From positions 41,974,001 to 42,038,000 of the forward strand of contig OX597829.1 in assembly GCA_951406725.2 (NCBI GenBank): a DNA stretch of 64,000 bases, given 5' to 3'. Position numbers and translations under genes: made by a program. Positions 40,288 through 56,793 of the stretch are shown one piece after another. The first letter of the stretch is position 1. Every line of letters begins with the position of its first letter. This stretch comes from Octopus vulgaris. Its lineage: Eukaryota. Under the pieces are notes generated by a model. The model saw only the letters and a program-made list of their open reading frames with translations, had not been told where the DNA came from and searched no databases.

Positions 40288-40329
40288 ATAATAATAATAA
40301 TAATCATCATACTACTACTACTACTGCTG

Positions 40330-40398
<69 letters not shown>

Positions 40399-40443
40399 AT
40401 AATAATAATAATAATGATAATAATAATAATAATAATAATAATA

Positions 40444-40645
40444 CTTTCTACTTTAGAAACTAGGCCTGAAATTTTGGGGGAGGGGACCAGTCGATTACAC
40501 CGCCCCCCAGTGTTTCGCTGGTATTTAAATTGTCGACCCCGAGAGGATGAAAGGCAAAGTCGACCACTGTGGAATTTGAACTCAGAACGTAAAGACGGAG
40601 GAAATACCGCCAAGCATTTTGTCCAGCCTGCTAACGATTCCGCAT
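40444..40645 (-). mobile_element. SINE S2 (alternative tail) embedded in (TAA)n
   Basis: ctttctactttagaaactaggcctgaaatttt...gaaaggcaaagtcgacc...gctaacgattc, with TAA arrays on both sides. Confidence 0.85.
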
Positions 40646-40659
40646 TAATAATAATAATG

Positions 40660-40725
<66 letters not shown>

Positions 40726-40964
40726 GTAATAATTAATAATAATAATAATAACAATAATGTTGAAACTGATGATGAAGATAATGAGGATGAAGAAGATGCT
40801 GCTGCTGCTGCTAGTGATGATGACGATGATGAGGATGATGAAGAAGAAGAAGAAGAAGAAGAAGAAAAAGAAGAGGGAGGAGGGGAAGAAGAAGGTGTTG
40901 ATGATGATGATGATGATGATGAAGAAGAAGAAGAAAAAGAAGAGGGAGGAGGGGAAGAAGAAGG

Positions 40965-41055
<91 letters not shown>

Positions 41056-41070
41056 GGTGGCGGTGGCGGT
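40646..41070. repeat. (TAA)n/(GAT)n/(GAA)n/(GGT)n compound array
   Basis: Directly visible. The block gaagaaaaagaagagggaggaggggaagaagaaggtg is duplicated. Confidence 0.93.
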
Positions 41071-41283
41071 CACTCGCGTCGATTTCGATGTATAAGTGTT
41101 TAAAGAAGAAGATTTAAAGGAGTAAAAAAAAAAAAAGAAAAATTTATTTGAAAAATATATTTCGCTGGCGGTAATTTTTCTTCCGATGTTCTCTTTGCTT
41201 CTTTTTCATAATGCAGTCACGTGATTCACGAGATTACTGCAATATATGATAAATCTTTGTTATATTTGAAAACAGCATTTGCT

Positions 41284-41355
<72 letters not shown>

Positions 41356-41981
41356 TATAAAAGAAAATATATGAAATTACCAATATTTCGTATTTTGTTT
41401 TTCAGGCAAAAAAAAAAAACATTAAATAAATAAATAAAATGAAAATAATAACAAATAGTAAACATCTTATTTGGGGACTTATCAAATTTTAAAGATAATA
41501 AAAAAAAAAGAATCGCTTGTAAACACAGCGTACATTTCGAATGAGGTCTCAAATTCGTCTGTCAACAAATCTAATCCCAGTATCTATACGATGAATGAAT
41601 GAATGAATGTATGAATAAATAAAGAAGGAAAAAAATAAAAAAAAAGCATAAAAGGAACAAACGAACAACAGACTGTACACAACCCTGTGCCATTACAAGG
41701 TAGGGGTTAGGGGTCCAGTATTGTAATGATGGTATTACTTGCTAATTCTATGACCAAATTTTCGCTTCTTCCGCAAATATTTTTGTTGTTTGCACTGATT
41801 TGATCTTTAATTCATTTATTCTTGGCACAAAAGTGGAAGTTGCGCCAAAAGAATGATAGAATGAGAGACTTAGAAGTTCGGATACCGTCTTCCGTTCTCC
41901 GAGAAGTTCTACGCCAGAAAAGGCGCTGTTCGTAGACATTAACATGCATCAACATTCCATGTACTATATCCTATCTTCACA

Positions 41982-42512
<531 letters not shown>

Positions 42513-42967
42513 TTATTCATGAAACAGCAACAACAATAAACTGGTAATAAATAATTAGAATAATTGTGGGAGGGGCGACGTTTATGGAGAATAACAACAG
42601 GGATATTGTCAGTTCTAAAGGGCTTCGAAGACATCAAAGGAAGCGATGACACCAAAAGCACTGCAGGCTACAACGATAAACAGAGATGATAACATCGACA
42701 TTTTTGTAGGACAAGCGGAAGGAGGTGGCTGGGGTCATTTAGAGTATTGTAGGGTGGGAAATCGGGAGCAAATAGCTTGGCCTTGTCACGTGGAAATGTG
42801 TGCACTTTGGATCCGTTAAAAGAGAAGGGGCAATGATAATTTGTTTTTAATAAGAACGCTATTTACTCCCTCCTGAAAAAGATCTCTCCTGGGATCAAAC
42901 CATTATCGAAGCTGTAGATTTAGAGACAGATAGTAGGTTTTTCACTGGTTTGATGGTTATAATATTA

Positions 42968-43004
<37 letters not shown>

Positions 43005-43254
43005 CTAATTTTTGTTTTTACTTCCTCTTTAAAAGAGAGTAAGAGGAAAGAGGCGGGGAACTTCCAGACATCAGGTTTAGACACTTAATTAAACAGGAGA
43101 ATGCCAAGGCGCTGAAGAGTTTGCAAGTAAATCCAACAGTAGAACACAAGAGCAATTGAAATTTTTTTTATTTGTTTTTGTCTCCTGAACGTCTTTTGTC
43201 TTTAGTTCTGCTAGGTCTTTCTGTTAATGGAGTTGTAGATTCCAAGGAAAGTTA

Positions 43255-43357
43255 TCTGAGTGTATATATATTTACATATATATGTATATGTATATATATA
43301 AATATATATACGCGTTTGAGTATATGTATACTTACATACACACACATACATATATAC

Positions 43358-43405
<48 letters not shown>

Positions 43406-43449
43406 AGAGAGATAGAGAGAGAGAGATGCATGTATGCACATATATATTT

Positions 43450-43521
<72 letters not shown>

Positions 43522-43591
43522 GCATTTGAATATATGTATACTTATATACACACATATACATATATACGTATGTATATATATATATATATGT

Positions 43592-43662
<71 letters not shown>

Positions 43663-43718
43663 TGTATGTATGCATATATATATATTTACATATATATGTA
43701 TATGTATATCTATATATC

Positions 43719-43749
<31 letters not shown>

Positions 43750-43815
43750 CGTATTTGAGTATACACACTTACACACTCACATATACATATATACGTATAT
43801 ATATATATATATATG
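43255..43815. repeat. Tandemly amplified compound microsatellite (~210-230-bp period)
   Basis: Anchor cg..tttga.tata...actta at about 43311, 43521 and 43750. Confidence 0.8.
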
Positions 43816-44026
43816 TTTCTCCATTTTCTAATTTTGTAGTTATATATATATTTATATATACATATATATGTAAATATATAAATATGCATACATACATTTC
43901 TCTCTCACTCTCTCTCTCTCTCTCTTTTTATATATATATATATATACACTCACACATACATATACACACACACAAACATGGACACGCACACATTCACGTT
44001 ACTACTTCCTTTTACAATTGTATTTG

Positions 44027-44069
<43 letters not shown>

Positions 44070-44274
44070 TTTTATGGAAGGAGTAGGAGTTGAAAAAGAT
44101 GGCCGATAGTAAAGAAAGCGGCTTAATCGCGGCTGACTGGTTTAATTGTGGCTGTTGTAGTTTATTTATTCCTTCATTAATTTTGTTAGCGTTCATATAT
44201 TATCGCTTCGGTTTGCTCCGCCCCATTACTCATTGCTCGTGTGCCTTGATATATATATTAAAAAAATTTTTTTT

Positions 44275-44637
44275 TTACTTGTTTCAGTCATTTGACTGCG
44301 GCCATGCTGGAGCACCACCTTTTAGTCGAGCAAATCGACTCCGGGACTTATTCCTTGTAAGCCCAGTACTTATTCTATCGGTCTCTTTTTGCCGAACCGC
44401 TAAGTGACGTGGACGTAAACACACCAGCATCGGTTGTCAAGCAATGCTAGGGGGACAAACACAGACACACAAAAACACACACACATACATATATATATAT
44501 ACATATATACGACAGGCTTCTTTCAGTTTCCGTCTACCAAATCCACTCACAAGGCATTGGTCGGCCCGGGGCTACAGCAGAAGACACTTGCCCAAGATGC
44601 CACGCAGTAGGACTGAACCCGGAACCATGTGGTTGGT
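44275..44637 (-). mobile_element. SINE S1 (5' end clipped by (TA)n)
   Basis: Reverse complement of 3545-3900. Confidence 0.88.
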
Positions 44638-44647
44638 TTTATATATA

Positions 44648-44704
<57 letters not shown>

Positions 44705-45639
44705 TGCGTGTGTGTGTGTGCATGTGTATGTATTGAGAGAGAGTAGAGAAGAGAGAAGGAGAGAGAATGATGCATATGATGCAATGAATAACTTATTATA
44801 TGGAAGTAGACGTAGATGAGAAAAATGATAGTAATAAAATTATGTCGGTTATCCCAGTCCATTAAAAGAAAAAAACATCACTGTTGAAGCATATGCCCAT
44901 GCAAAATTTGGGCTGAAAGGGGATATCATGATATTGTTGTCGTTGTTGTCGTCGTCGTCGTCGTTGTTTGTGTTGTCCTTAATTTTTTTCAACAACAAAA
45001 TCGACCGTCTTTTGGCATCTCAGAATTCAAGAGATGGATGAAATGGAAAAAAAAAAAAGTATCACAAAAACTGATAAGAATAGCAAAAATTTTACAGTGG
45101 CAAAATTAATTGTTTTTATTTTAAATGCCTTTTCGAAATGGAAACTGACTTCACAAAAAAATGAAACTAGTCGGTAAAATAAGAATAGTTTCAAATTTGA
45201 TACGAGTTCAGCAGTTTTAGTGGAAGGTTAAATTGATTACACTCTTCTCGCTACTTGGCTGAACAGATGAATGGCGAAAATTGACCAGGGAGTGATTTGA
45301 GCGCAAAATGTAAAGAACCGAATTAAATGGCTCTCAGCGTTATTTGTATTTCTTTTCATTACATGTTTTTGATAATGTCGGGTGGGAAGGCTTTGGCATT
45401 GTGCTGCAATTAAAAATCTTTCAGTCTCCGCTTTGAGTCCTGAGCTACTCAGCCATTCCTGAAATTTTGCTTTGCCTATTCTTTTTGCGTTTAGTTTAAC
45501 CCAATATTTGTCATGAAGGGGCTTTTCTTGCCCTCGTTTTCATCATGATCCGTTGCTGTTCCAGTTTTAGTTTGGACTTCAGTTGTTTTACAACTTTTTG
45601 TTGTTTCTTATTTTTCTTCATAATGCACTTTTCAATACA

Positions 45640-48260
45640 TGTGACATTCCAGTTAAGACAAACTTTTGCACTTCCTCTATGGATGGTAAACCAGGGATCA
45701 TACTTGAATAATTTAAAATTCCTTTTTTATCATTCCAAGTGCTCCTACAATCAATGGTATTGTAACCGTCTTGAGATACCACATCTTTTCGATTTTGATT
45801 AGCAGATCTTTATATTTTCTGAACTAATCAAATTCTTTTGCCGAGATATTATGGGCACAGGGTATGCTCATATAAATCAATAAACAGACTTTATTACTTT
45901 TGTCTTTCACAGCAACATCTGGTTTATTTGCCTTGATGGTCCGATATGTACATACTGGGAAATCCCCAAAAATCGTTACATTTTCTCCCTCAGTTACAGA
46001 CTTAGGGTGGTGCTTGTAACATTTGCCAGCAGTTTTAATTTTATAATGCCGATACATTATCAAATGTAAATATTGGCCAACTCGGTCATGTCTTGATTTG
46101 AATTCTACCGGGGTTAAAACATTACATTGAGAGATTAGGTGGTCCACTGTTTCAAACCTATCGTTGCAGTATCGGTACTTTGGGTCTACTCCATTTTATT
46201 TGATCACATTGACTTTACAGTTCCGGGTCAATAAGCTCTGATCTTGGGCAGCCAAGATAAAGCCTTCAGTCTCTGCCTTTAGACCTGAGCTCCGTAGCCA
46301 CTGATAGATGTGCTTTTGGTCTACATCAGCTTGTTTGCTATGGGTCACATATTTGCCATGCAGAGGATTTTGTTCCCACCTCTCAGTCAATTGTTCAAAC
46401 TCATTTTGCTTTGCTATTGATTTCATCTTTGCAACTAGTTGCCGCACTTCCATCATGCTGTTCAACCTGGGTATTATGCATATAAACTCACTAGCAAATT
46501 TTATGCCCTCCTTCATAACAGAATGAAGTTTCTTACGTCTCTCGTGGTTTTCAACGAGCTTTAGCATCCAATTGTTAGATGTTTCACGATATTTTGCCAA
46601 TCTAACTGTAGTGGTTTTGTAAGAGATTTCAAACTGAATCAAGCGTCGATCAATTTGAGCTCTAGGAAGGTAAAGACAATTTGCATCTGCCTTTGGGAGG
46701 TGCATCATATTGCAAGTCAGCAGCTTACGGATTTTCCTGTGGATCTCCCTTATTTCGGTCATATTGCAGTTCGTAGGATCTCTTATGACAGGACTAACTT
46801 TTCCTGTGCTCACGGGAGCGATGCGAACTAGAAATTTGTCACCCTATCGTTACCAGAAGATTTCCACTTATGAGCCTTCGTGAGTGTCATCCTTAGGTCT
46901 GCTATTAGTGATGTCTTCCCATGCTTTTTCTGGTAAATTTTGGTAGGATCCTTCTGTGTGTCTAATCCAGTCTGCTTTTCCATTCGTAAGTCTTTTCATT
47001 AATTCAGATATTTTTTCCAGAAGTTTTCAACTTCTTCCATGGGAAGGGGTGGGTCTTCAACGGATATTTTCTTCTTTCCTATTTCTCCGTAGAATGTTTT
47101 CGCATTAGATGTGAACAGCTTATTTTGCTTGTAAAACTTGTTTCTCTTCTCAAATCTTCGTATTCTTTGAGCTTTTGCTAGGACTTTTTGTTGCAATGTT
47201 TCTTTTGCTGAAAGCAGTTCTTCTCTTGATGAGAATCTATGTTTTCTCTTGATCTTTCTTCCTTTTCTGTGTTTTTTATTGTTTCCACAGATTAGTTCAT
47301 TCAATATTGACATTTCACCTCACATTATTTCCACCTCTTTTTTGGTTTTAATTTTACAGTTTGGAATTCTTCTCAGGTTTGTATTTCTTTGTTTTTCAGA
47401 GGTATACAACTGGTTTCAATTGTCTTAGCAGCTGCGTAAATAATTTCATTTAATTCAGTAAGATCTGGTTTTAGTTTTAGTATAATTTCTTTTATTACAT
47501 AGCTTCCAAATTTAATTTGTTTTCTATTTTGGATTGTATTTCAGAGCTTATGAAATGGTTCTCTATCATGCATATTGGTATGTCTACAACTGCAAGCTTA
47601 TTCATGACTTTCTGCTTCAGTTCTATCATAGACTCTCTATGTTCTTCAATAAATGTATGGTCTTCAAATATTGTTTCTGTACCACTTTCATCGCTATCTT
47701 TATCAGATTCATTACAATTTATTTCTCCAGACATTTGCGTGTTCTGGTCAGATGACAGTCTTTCAATTGAGACTCGTGGAGAGTTGTTCTCTTCGTCTGG
47801 TTCTTCATTTCCTTTCTGTCTTATATTTTGGTAATTTTCCGCTGCGTGGTTGATCGCAGTTATTTCACTATCTGTGAGTCTTTTATTTCTGAGGATATCC
47901 CTCCTAACATTTGCTAACTTGTTTTCGCCCAGATATAACCTGCTGTCTTCATTTCGTGTTATCCATATTTGATAAGAGTGTGCGGTGTGTTTCTCTTCAG
48001 ATGACCTGCCTAATGCATAGTAATAGGCGTATATTACTTCTGTATACTCTTCTCAGGTCTGTTTGATCCTCTTACATTTTTATTTCCGTGGTGGGTGTGG
48101 TGGTGGACTTGGAGGGTTCGAGTTGGAGTAGTTCCCGTTCAAGTGACCATCCATGTTCGTATTCAGAGAAGAGCTTGTGCCAATGGATGACTTCAGGCTG
48201 GCTCTCTCCTGGGGAACGCGATGTGGTGTACTATTGTAATTTTCCTTTGTGTTTCGTTAC
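45640..48260 (-). mobile_element. Dong/R4-type LINE with N-terminus and endonuclease but RT deleted
   Basis: N-terminal EVIYAYYYALGR..ENKLANVRRDILRNKRL, AKAQRIRRF, junction VIRDPT|NCNMTEIREI, NPLHGKY, WLRSSGLKAETEGFILAAQDQSL, SRHD, NKPDVAVKD. Confidence 0.92.
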
Positions 48261-48575
48261 GCATATTTGTGCTACGTTAAAATAATTAGTATTGAGCCCT
48301 GTATTGTGGCAGATGTAGAGACGGTTGTTGTCTTTTCCACTAATGTCGACTCTGCCATTAATACCGTTACAGTTACTTTAACCTTGCTTTTACAGCATTG
48401 CTTATCGTTAGTTACCACCAATAGTACCTTGATCGGTATAGTTGTGGCTAAATTTTGTAGTCATGGCGACAATATTATAATCCTTATTAAAATAAGTACC
48501 AGTTGCATACTGGGGTCGATGTAATCGACTTATACTCTCCCCCAAAATTGCTGCCTTTGTGGCAAAATTTGAAAC

Positions 48576-48628
<53 letters not shown>

Positions 48629-48699
48629 GTATTAGTATTATCATCATCATCATCATCATCATTATTTTGGGTTTAACTCAGGATCGGTCTTATTCCTGA

Positions 48700-49330
48700 T
48701 AGGATTCATCTGGATAGCAAGTTACTACCTGTAACCTTAGCTATCAACAAGTTTTCAGTAACCTTTAAAGTGTTTAGAACCTTCCTGATAATCCTTGCAG
48801 TCCCTAAGAGACAAACCTTCTGCAGGTGTTCTACCGGGCATTCTATTCCAATCTCCTTCAGCCATTTGTCTATATCTTGGCTTACTATTCCAAACGCACC
48901 AATTATTATAGGCACGACCTTTACTGTTCTCATTCTTCAAATTCTTCCTATTTCATATTTTAAAGGATTGTATATTTTGCTTTTGTTCCTCTTTCCTTAG
49001 GATGCTAGAATCAAACGAGCATGATAGGTCGATTAGTTAGCAACTTCGGTTTTCCTTATCTATAATTGTCATGTCCGATCTATTATTTTCTTATTTCTTG
49101 TCCGTTTGAATAGGGAAGTCACACAAAATCTTTCATTTCTCCGACACCAGTACTGTTTCGATCTGATGATTGTAATATGTATTTCCAGCTTGAAATCTCC
49201 ATTTCTCGCAAAGTTTCCTGTGTGAAACTTTTACAACCTGGTCATGCCTCAATTTCTAATAGTCAACTTGGGGCATTCTCCCACAATGTGTGTCACTGTC
49301 TCGTTCCAAGTTCTGCAGGCTCTACATTTT
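48700..49330 (-). mobile_element. Dong/R4-type LINE 3' end abutting a (TAA)n tract
   Basis: VKVVPIIIGAFG..LQKVCLLGTARIIRKVL. The (tta)n tract at 48578-48666 lies just downstream on the element strand. Confidence 0.85.
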
Positions 49331-49699
49331 TCAGACACATACAAGTAGTAATTGGCCATCACAGTGAGTTCAACTTGCCATGTCACGAAAATTAACGAAA
49401 ATTACCACGTGACCTTGCAGAAAAAAGTTAAGTAAATTATGAGTGTTAATTTTAATTTTAATTCTATTTTATTAATAACTCTTTTCTCTCTACATCTTCC
49501 ATTTTAGTACATATTCTTGATAAGATTTTTCAAAAAACGAAATATGTAAAACAAAACAAAAGCATTCTTCTTTTAATGTATTTATATAAAGGAAAATTAA
49601 AATGTACCCAATTTTAAGAAAGTAGCATTTCCGTTCTTCTCTTTCATAAATATTTACTTACTCGTGTGTCACCTCTACACATTTTTTAATATATATATA

Positions 49700-49895
49700 C
49701 GCGTAGGAATGGCTGTGTGGTAAGTAGCTTACTTAGCAACCACATGGTTCCGGGTTCAGTCTCACTGCGTGGCATCTTGAGCAAGTGTCTTCTACTATGG
49801 CCAAAACCTTGTGAGTGGATTTGGCAGACGGAAACCGAAAGAAGCCCGTTGTATATATGTATATATATATGTATATATATATATAAATATATATG

Positions 49896-49927
<32 letters not shown>

Positions 49928-50153
49928 CGTGTGTATGTTTGTGTGTCTGTGTTTGTCCCTCCAACATCTCTTGACAACCGATGCTGGTGTGTATATGTCC
50001 CCGTAACTTAGCGGTTCGGCCAAAGAAACCGATAGAATAAGTACTAGGCTTACAAAGAATGAGTCCTGGGGTCGATTTGCTCGACTAAAGGCGGTGCTCC
50101 AGCATGGCCACAGTCAAATGACTGAAACAAATAAAAGAGTAAAAGAGTAAAAG
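49700..50153 (+). mobile_element. SINE S1, full length
   Basis: Matches 3504-3912. Confidence 0.88.
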
Positions 50154-50154
50154 A

Positions 50155-53310
<3,156 letters not shown>

Positions 53311-53659
53311 CGTGTACTCGCATTTATATATGAAAGAAGATTACGAGTGGAGTTGAAACTTCACAAATTCACGACAGCCGTTTCGGCAATATTTTACTGA
53401 TATGTTCATAGATAAGACAAAGAATTTTCCCATGATGCAATGCTGCTGTAGCAGCTGTTGTGAATTCTGAACCCCACTTATGTGTTCTTCTTTTATACAT
53501 ATACTACACTTAGAAACATCCTCGAGCTGTTTATATTGGACTGGGTGCCTATGTATATATGCCTCCGTTTATGTGTATTTATATATATAGATAGATGCAT
53601 GGGTTATCTTGTCATCCTACATTTTGAAATACCTAGATTCTAACGAATCGTGCTACTGA

Positions 53660-53866
53660 TAAATATTCGATTCCCGAACGGGGCTGTGTATTGTGTTCTT
53701 GAGCAAGACACTTTATTTCTCGTTGCTCCAGTTCACTCAGCTGTAGAAACGAGTTGCGACGTCACAGGTGCCAAGCTGTATCGGCCATTGCCTTTCCCTT
53801 GGATAACACTGATGGCGTGGAGAGGGGAGGCTGGTATGCATGGGCGACTGCTGGTCTTCCATAAAC
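53660..53866 (+). mobile_element. Degenerate CORE/Meta-domain SINE fragment
   Basis: B-box-like ttcgattccc followed by ttgtgttcttgagcaagacacttta. Confidence 0.6.
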
Positions 53867-54563
53867 ATTATTTATTTAATTATTTATTTTTGTTTATTTG
53901 GCACTTACTAATCTATTATTAATTTAACTTATAATTAATAAACTTATTCTTAATTAATAGTAACCTCTATATGTGTGTGCGAAAGTTCCCTGACACAGTA
54001 TAGGAAAGTGTATTAATATTTATGCGTATATGCGGATGTGCGTGTGAGTGTGTGTGTTAGTGTTAGACACTGTTGCCTGTACTGATATGTTTATAAGCAA
54101 TACGATGAAAGACATGCACTCTCCAATATTGGAGAGATGTGTAGGGGTGTATTCAAGTGTGTGTACATGTGTGTGTGAGTCTCTGTGTGGATGTATGGGT
54201 TTAGGGTTAGATGTGGATGTGTATGATTTGCTTGTACGGTGTGGTGGAGGTCGGGCGGTTCTCAATTGACCAACTATTATGAAGTAATATAATGTACTAT
54301 TGACTATGTGTATTTACATCTACATATTAATTTGTGTATGTTTATTATCACAATATTAAGTCGAAAAACTGAGACATTTGGTGTGGAACACATATATATG
54401 TTTACTAATTTATATTATTTATTTATATCATTATGTAAATGTATATTTTTTTTATATGTATAGGAGTGTGAGTATATACACTCATATGTATATATATATG
54501 TTGTATTGTGGGTACGCACCCACACTCACGTGGGTATATGTGTAGACTGTATTATATTACATA

Positions 54564-54690
54564 ATCTCCGAAGAGGCCTTGTGATATTTTTGTTAATGTC
54601 TCATTTATATCTATATATTGACCAACCATAAAGGGCTAATATTGGTAAAATGAGACATAATTATCGACATGGCCGAAACAGCTGTAAGAT
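54564..54690 (+). ncRNA. Hammerhead ribozyme motif with CCGAAGA core and long stem II
   Basis: atct-CCGAAGA-ggcc-[92 nt including atgtctcattt/aaatgagacat]-ggcc-GAAA-cagctg-T-A-agat. Confidence 0.72.
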
Positions 54691-55103
54691 CTAATGTATG
54701 CTTATATTTATATTTACTTGTATTTATATTCTTTTTTTATATATATTCTAATTATTATACAACATTACTCATTTATGTACACTTTTTTTATGTACATTCC
54801 TTTATGTACACTGATTTGTTCTGCTTATTATATTTAACCCTACAGTCTCTTATGTGGTGGTTTAATAAAGTATATGATTGAGTATTATCTGGTAATTGAT
54901 ATTTGATTTAGATGTGTTTCTCCATTTTTTTTATCTTGTATTAGTAATTTGTGGTAAATCATTTTACCTTTGCCCATATACAGTAAATGAATTGATTGCA
55001 TCGCAATCATTAACATTTATTAACTTTGTTGGGTACTTCACTAGCAGTATATTGGATATACGTTATCCCATAGAGGGTTGCATTTACAACCCATATCTCA
55101 ATT

Positions 55104-55155
<52 letters not shown>

Positions 55156-55807
55156 CAAAATAAGCAGCAAGAATATCTCCGGTAATTTGGTACGATCGTT
55201 TCACGCTACATCATTTTATTAAATATTGTAAGTGTTATAACAGTTTTAAAATGTTTAGCAATCATCAGCCATTTATAGAGGTTTTTCATTAATACATAAT
55301 TTTCATATTAATTGATAACATTATAGAGAAGGTAGATATAGAGACAAAGATGTCGATTTGAATTTTAAGAACATTAAGGTAGTAGAGTTTATCTTCTGAC
55401 TGAAGAATATTCTTTAAGTTATTTTGAATTGCTAGAAGGTTGGGAAATATAATCAGTTGAAAGGAGACAAAAGAGATTTTCTATTTATAGAAATAAATAT
55501 CAGAAGTTATTCATAAAGAAATTAAAGTAGAGAAGGGGGTTATAATGCTCTAGAAGCTGTTTACTACTATTTGGCGAACGGATTTTGTTTTAAGAAAATT
55601 AGGTCAATGTCAGATGGTCACAATGACCACCTATATACCAAAAAGTTATAGAGAATACAGAGATCCCTTTATACTTATATACATCAGATTTATACTTAGC
55701 TGGTAGGTGTTGATTATTTTGATACGTTGGATTAAAGGAGAAATTATAAATCTAATATTTATTCATTTTGGAGAAAAATCTATCATTTATTATGAGTAGG
55801 CAATATA

Positions 55808-55849
<42 letters not shown>

Positions 55850-56077
55850 TAGATAGATAGATAGATAGATACATACATACATACATACATACATACATAC
55901 TAATATATACACACAAATACATATATCTATATATACATACACACACAGACATAGATAGATTATACACACACACATGTATGTTTGTATATCGTGAGATATA
56001 AAGAGAGAGTGAAGGAGACAAAGAGAACGTTAGACAAATAGATGCTTTCCACCACGCGTCCCGTTGGGAAAGCGTAT

Positions 56078-56108
<31 letters not shown>

Positions 56109-56378
56109 TACAAAGAGGAGTTTATATTAAGTTTTAATGTTTGTTTACTTTACCTTTTACTGAATACGTTACGTTCTAGACTTTGCTGAGAAATGACGCT
56201 TTTAACATTTCGCCATGTTCATTCGTGTATAATGTAAGTCGTTGTTAGTGAAAAAAAATTGAAGTGTATGTACAAGCGTAAAGCTTTTGTATCTCAGGTC
56301 TTTGACAACCGTTCTGTAGGTAATTAGTTAGTTTCTGTATTGTTTCCAAGATTTTGTGATAATAATTATAAGAGCTGT

Positions 56379-56426
<48 letters not shown>

Positions 56427-56432
<6 letters not shown>

Positions 56433-56793
56433 CGTCACGATGTGTTACCGCTACTGTATATAACTCACTTTGATATTTATCATTGTTTGATTTCACTTTT
56501 TCAATATCAGCGACAGTGGACGCTGGAAAAAGTATAAGTATTTGTGAAGGAAATCTAATTCTCGGCGACAACTATGATTGTCACACGCTGACGAGAGGTC
56601 AATACCTCGAAACTCGAGTCCGTGTGTATCATAAGTTGAAGACGGGAAGGATGACTTCCCTTTGCAAATACTGACAGGACACAGATAGTGTGTCTATGGC
56701 CAGCTGGAGGAGTGTGTCCTCCTGGGGCTAAAAACTACAGTAGCATCCACCCTTAGGGGTTAGCCATATTGAAATGGCAAAAATACGTCACGA
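56427..56793 (+). mobile_element. Retrozyme/Penelope pseudo-LTR-like unit with terminal redundancy, embedded in (AT)n
   Basis: Starts and ends with aaaatacgtcacgat, has (AT)n on both sides and contains an intact hammerhead. Confidence 0.78.
56582..56626 (+). ncRNA. Intact type I hammerhead ribozyme (GUC cleavage after 56620)
   Basis: cacacg-CTGACGA-gagg-tcaata-cctc-GAAA-ctcgag-T-C-cgtgtg. Full core, 6-bp stem I, 4-bp stem II, palindromic stem III. Confidence 0.9.

Noticed and set aside
40240-41103. 287-aa ORF with an acidic D/E-rich tail
   Set aside because: Composed of triplet microsatellites and an antisense SINE, with no splice or domain evidence.
41748-41945. 65-aa non-repetitive ORF
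   Set aside because: No recognisable motif or splice context, and the length is compatible with chance.
55150-55790. AT-rich unique stretch downstream of the 54564 hammerhead, possibly a PLE ORF remnant
   Set aside because: No recognisable RT or endonuclease motifs in the frames examined.
56648-56690. SECIS-like ATGA-N11-AAA...GA spacing downstream of the hammerhead
   Set aside because: Helix II does not base-pair and there is no associated UGA-containing ORF.
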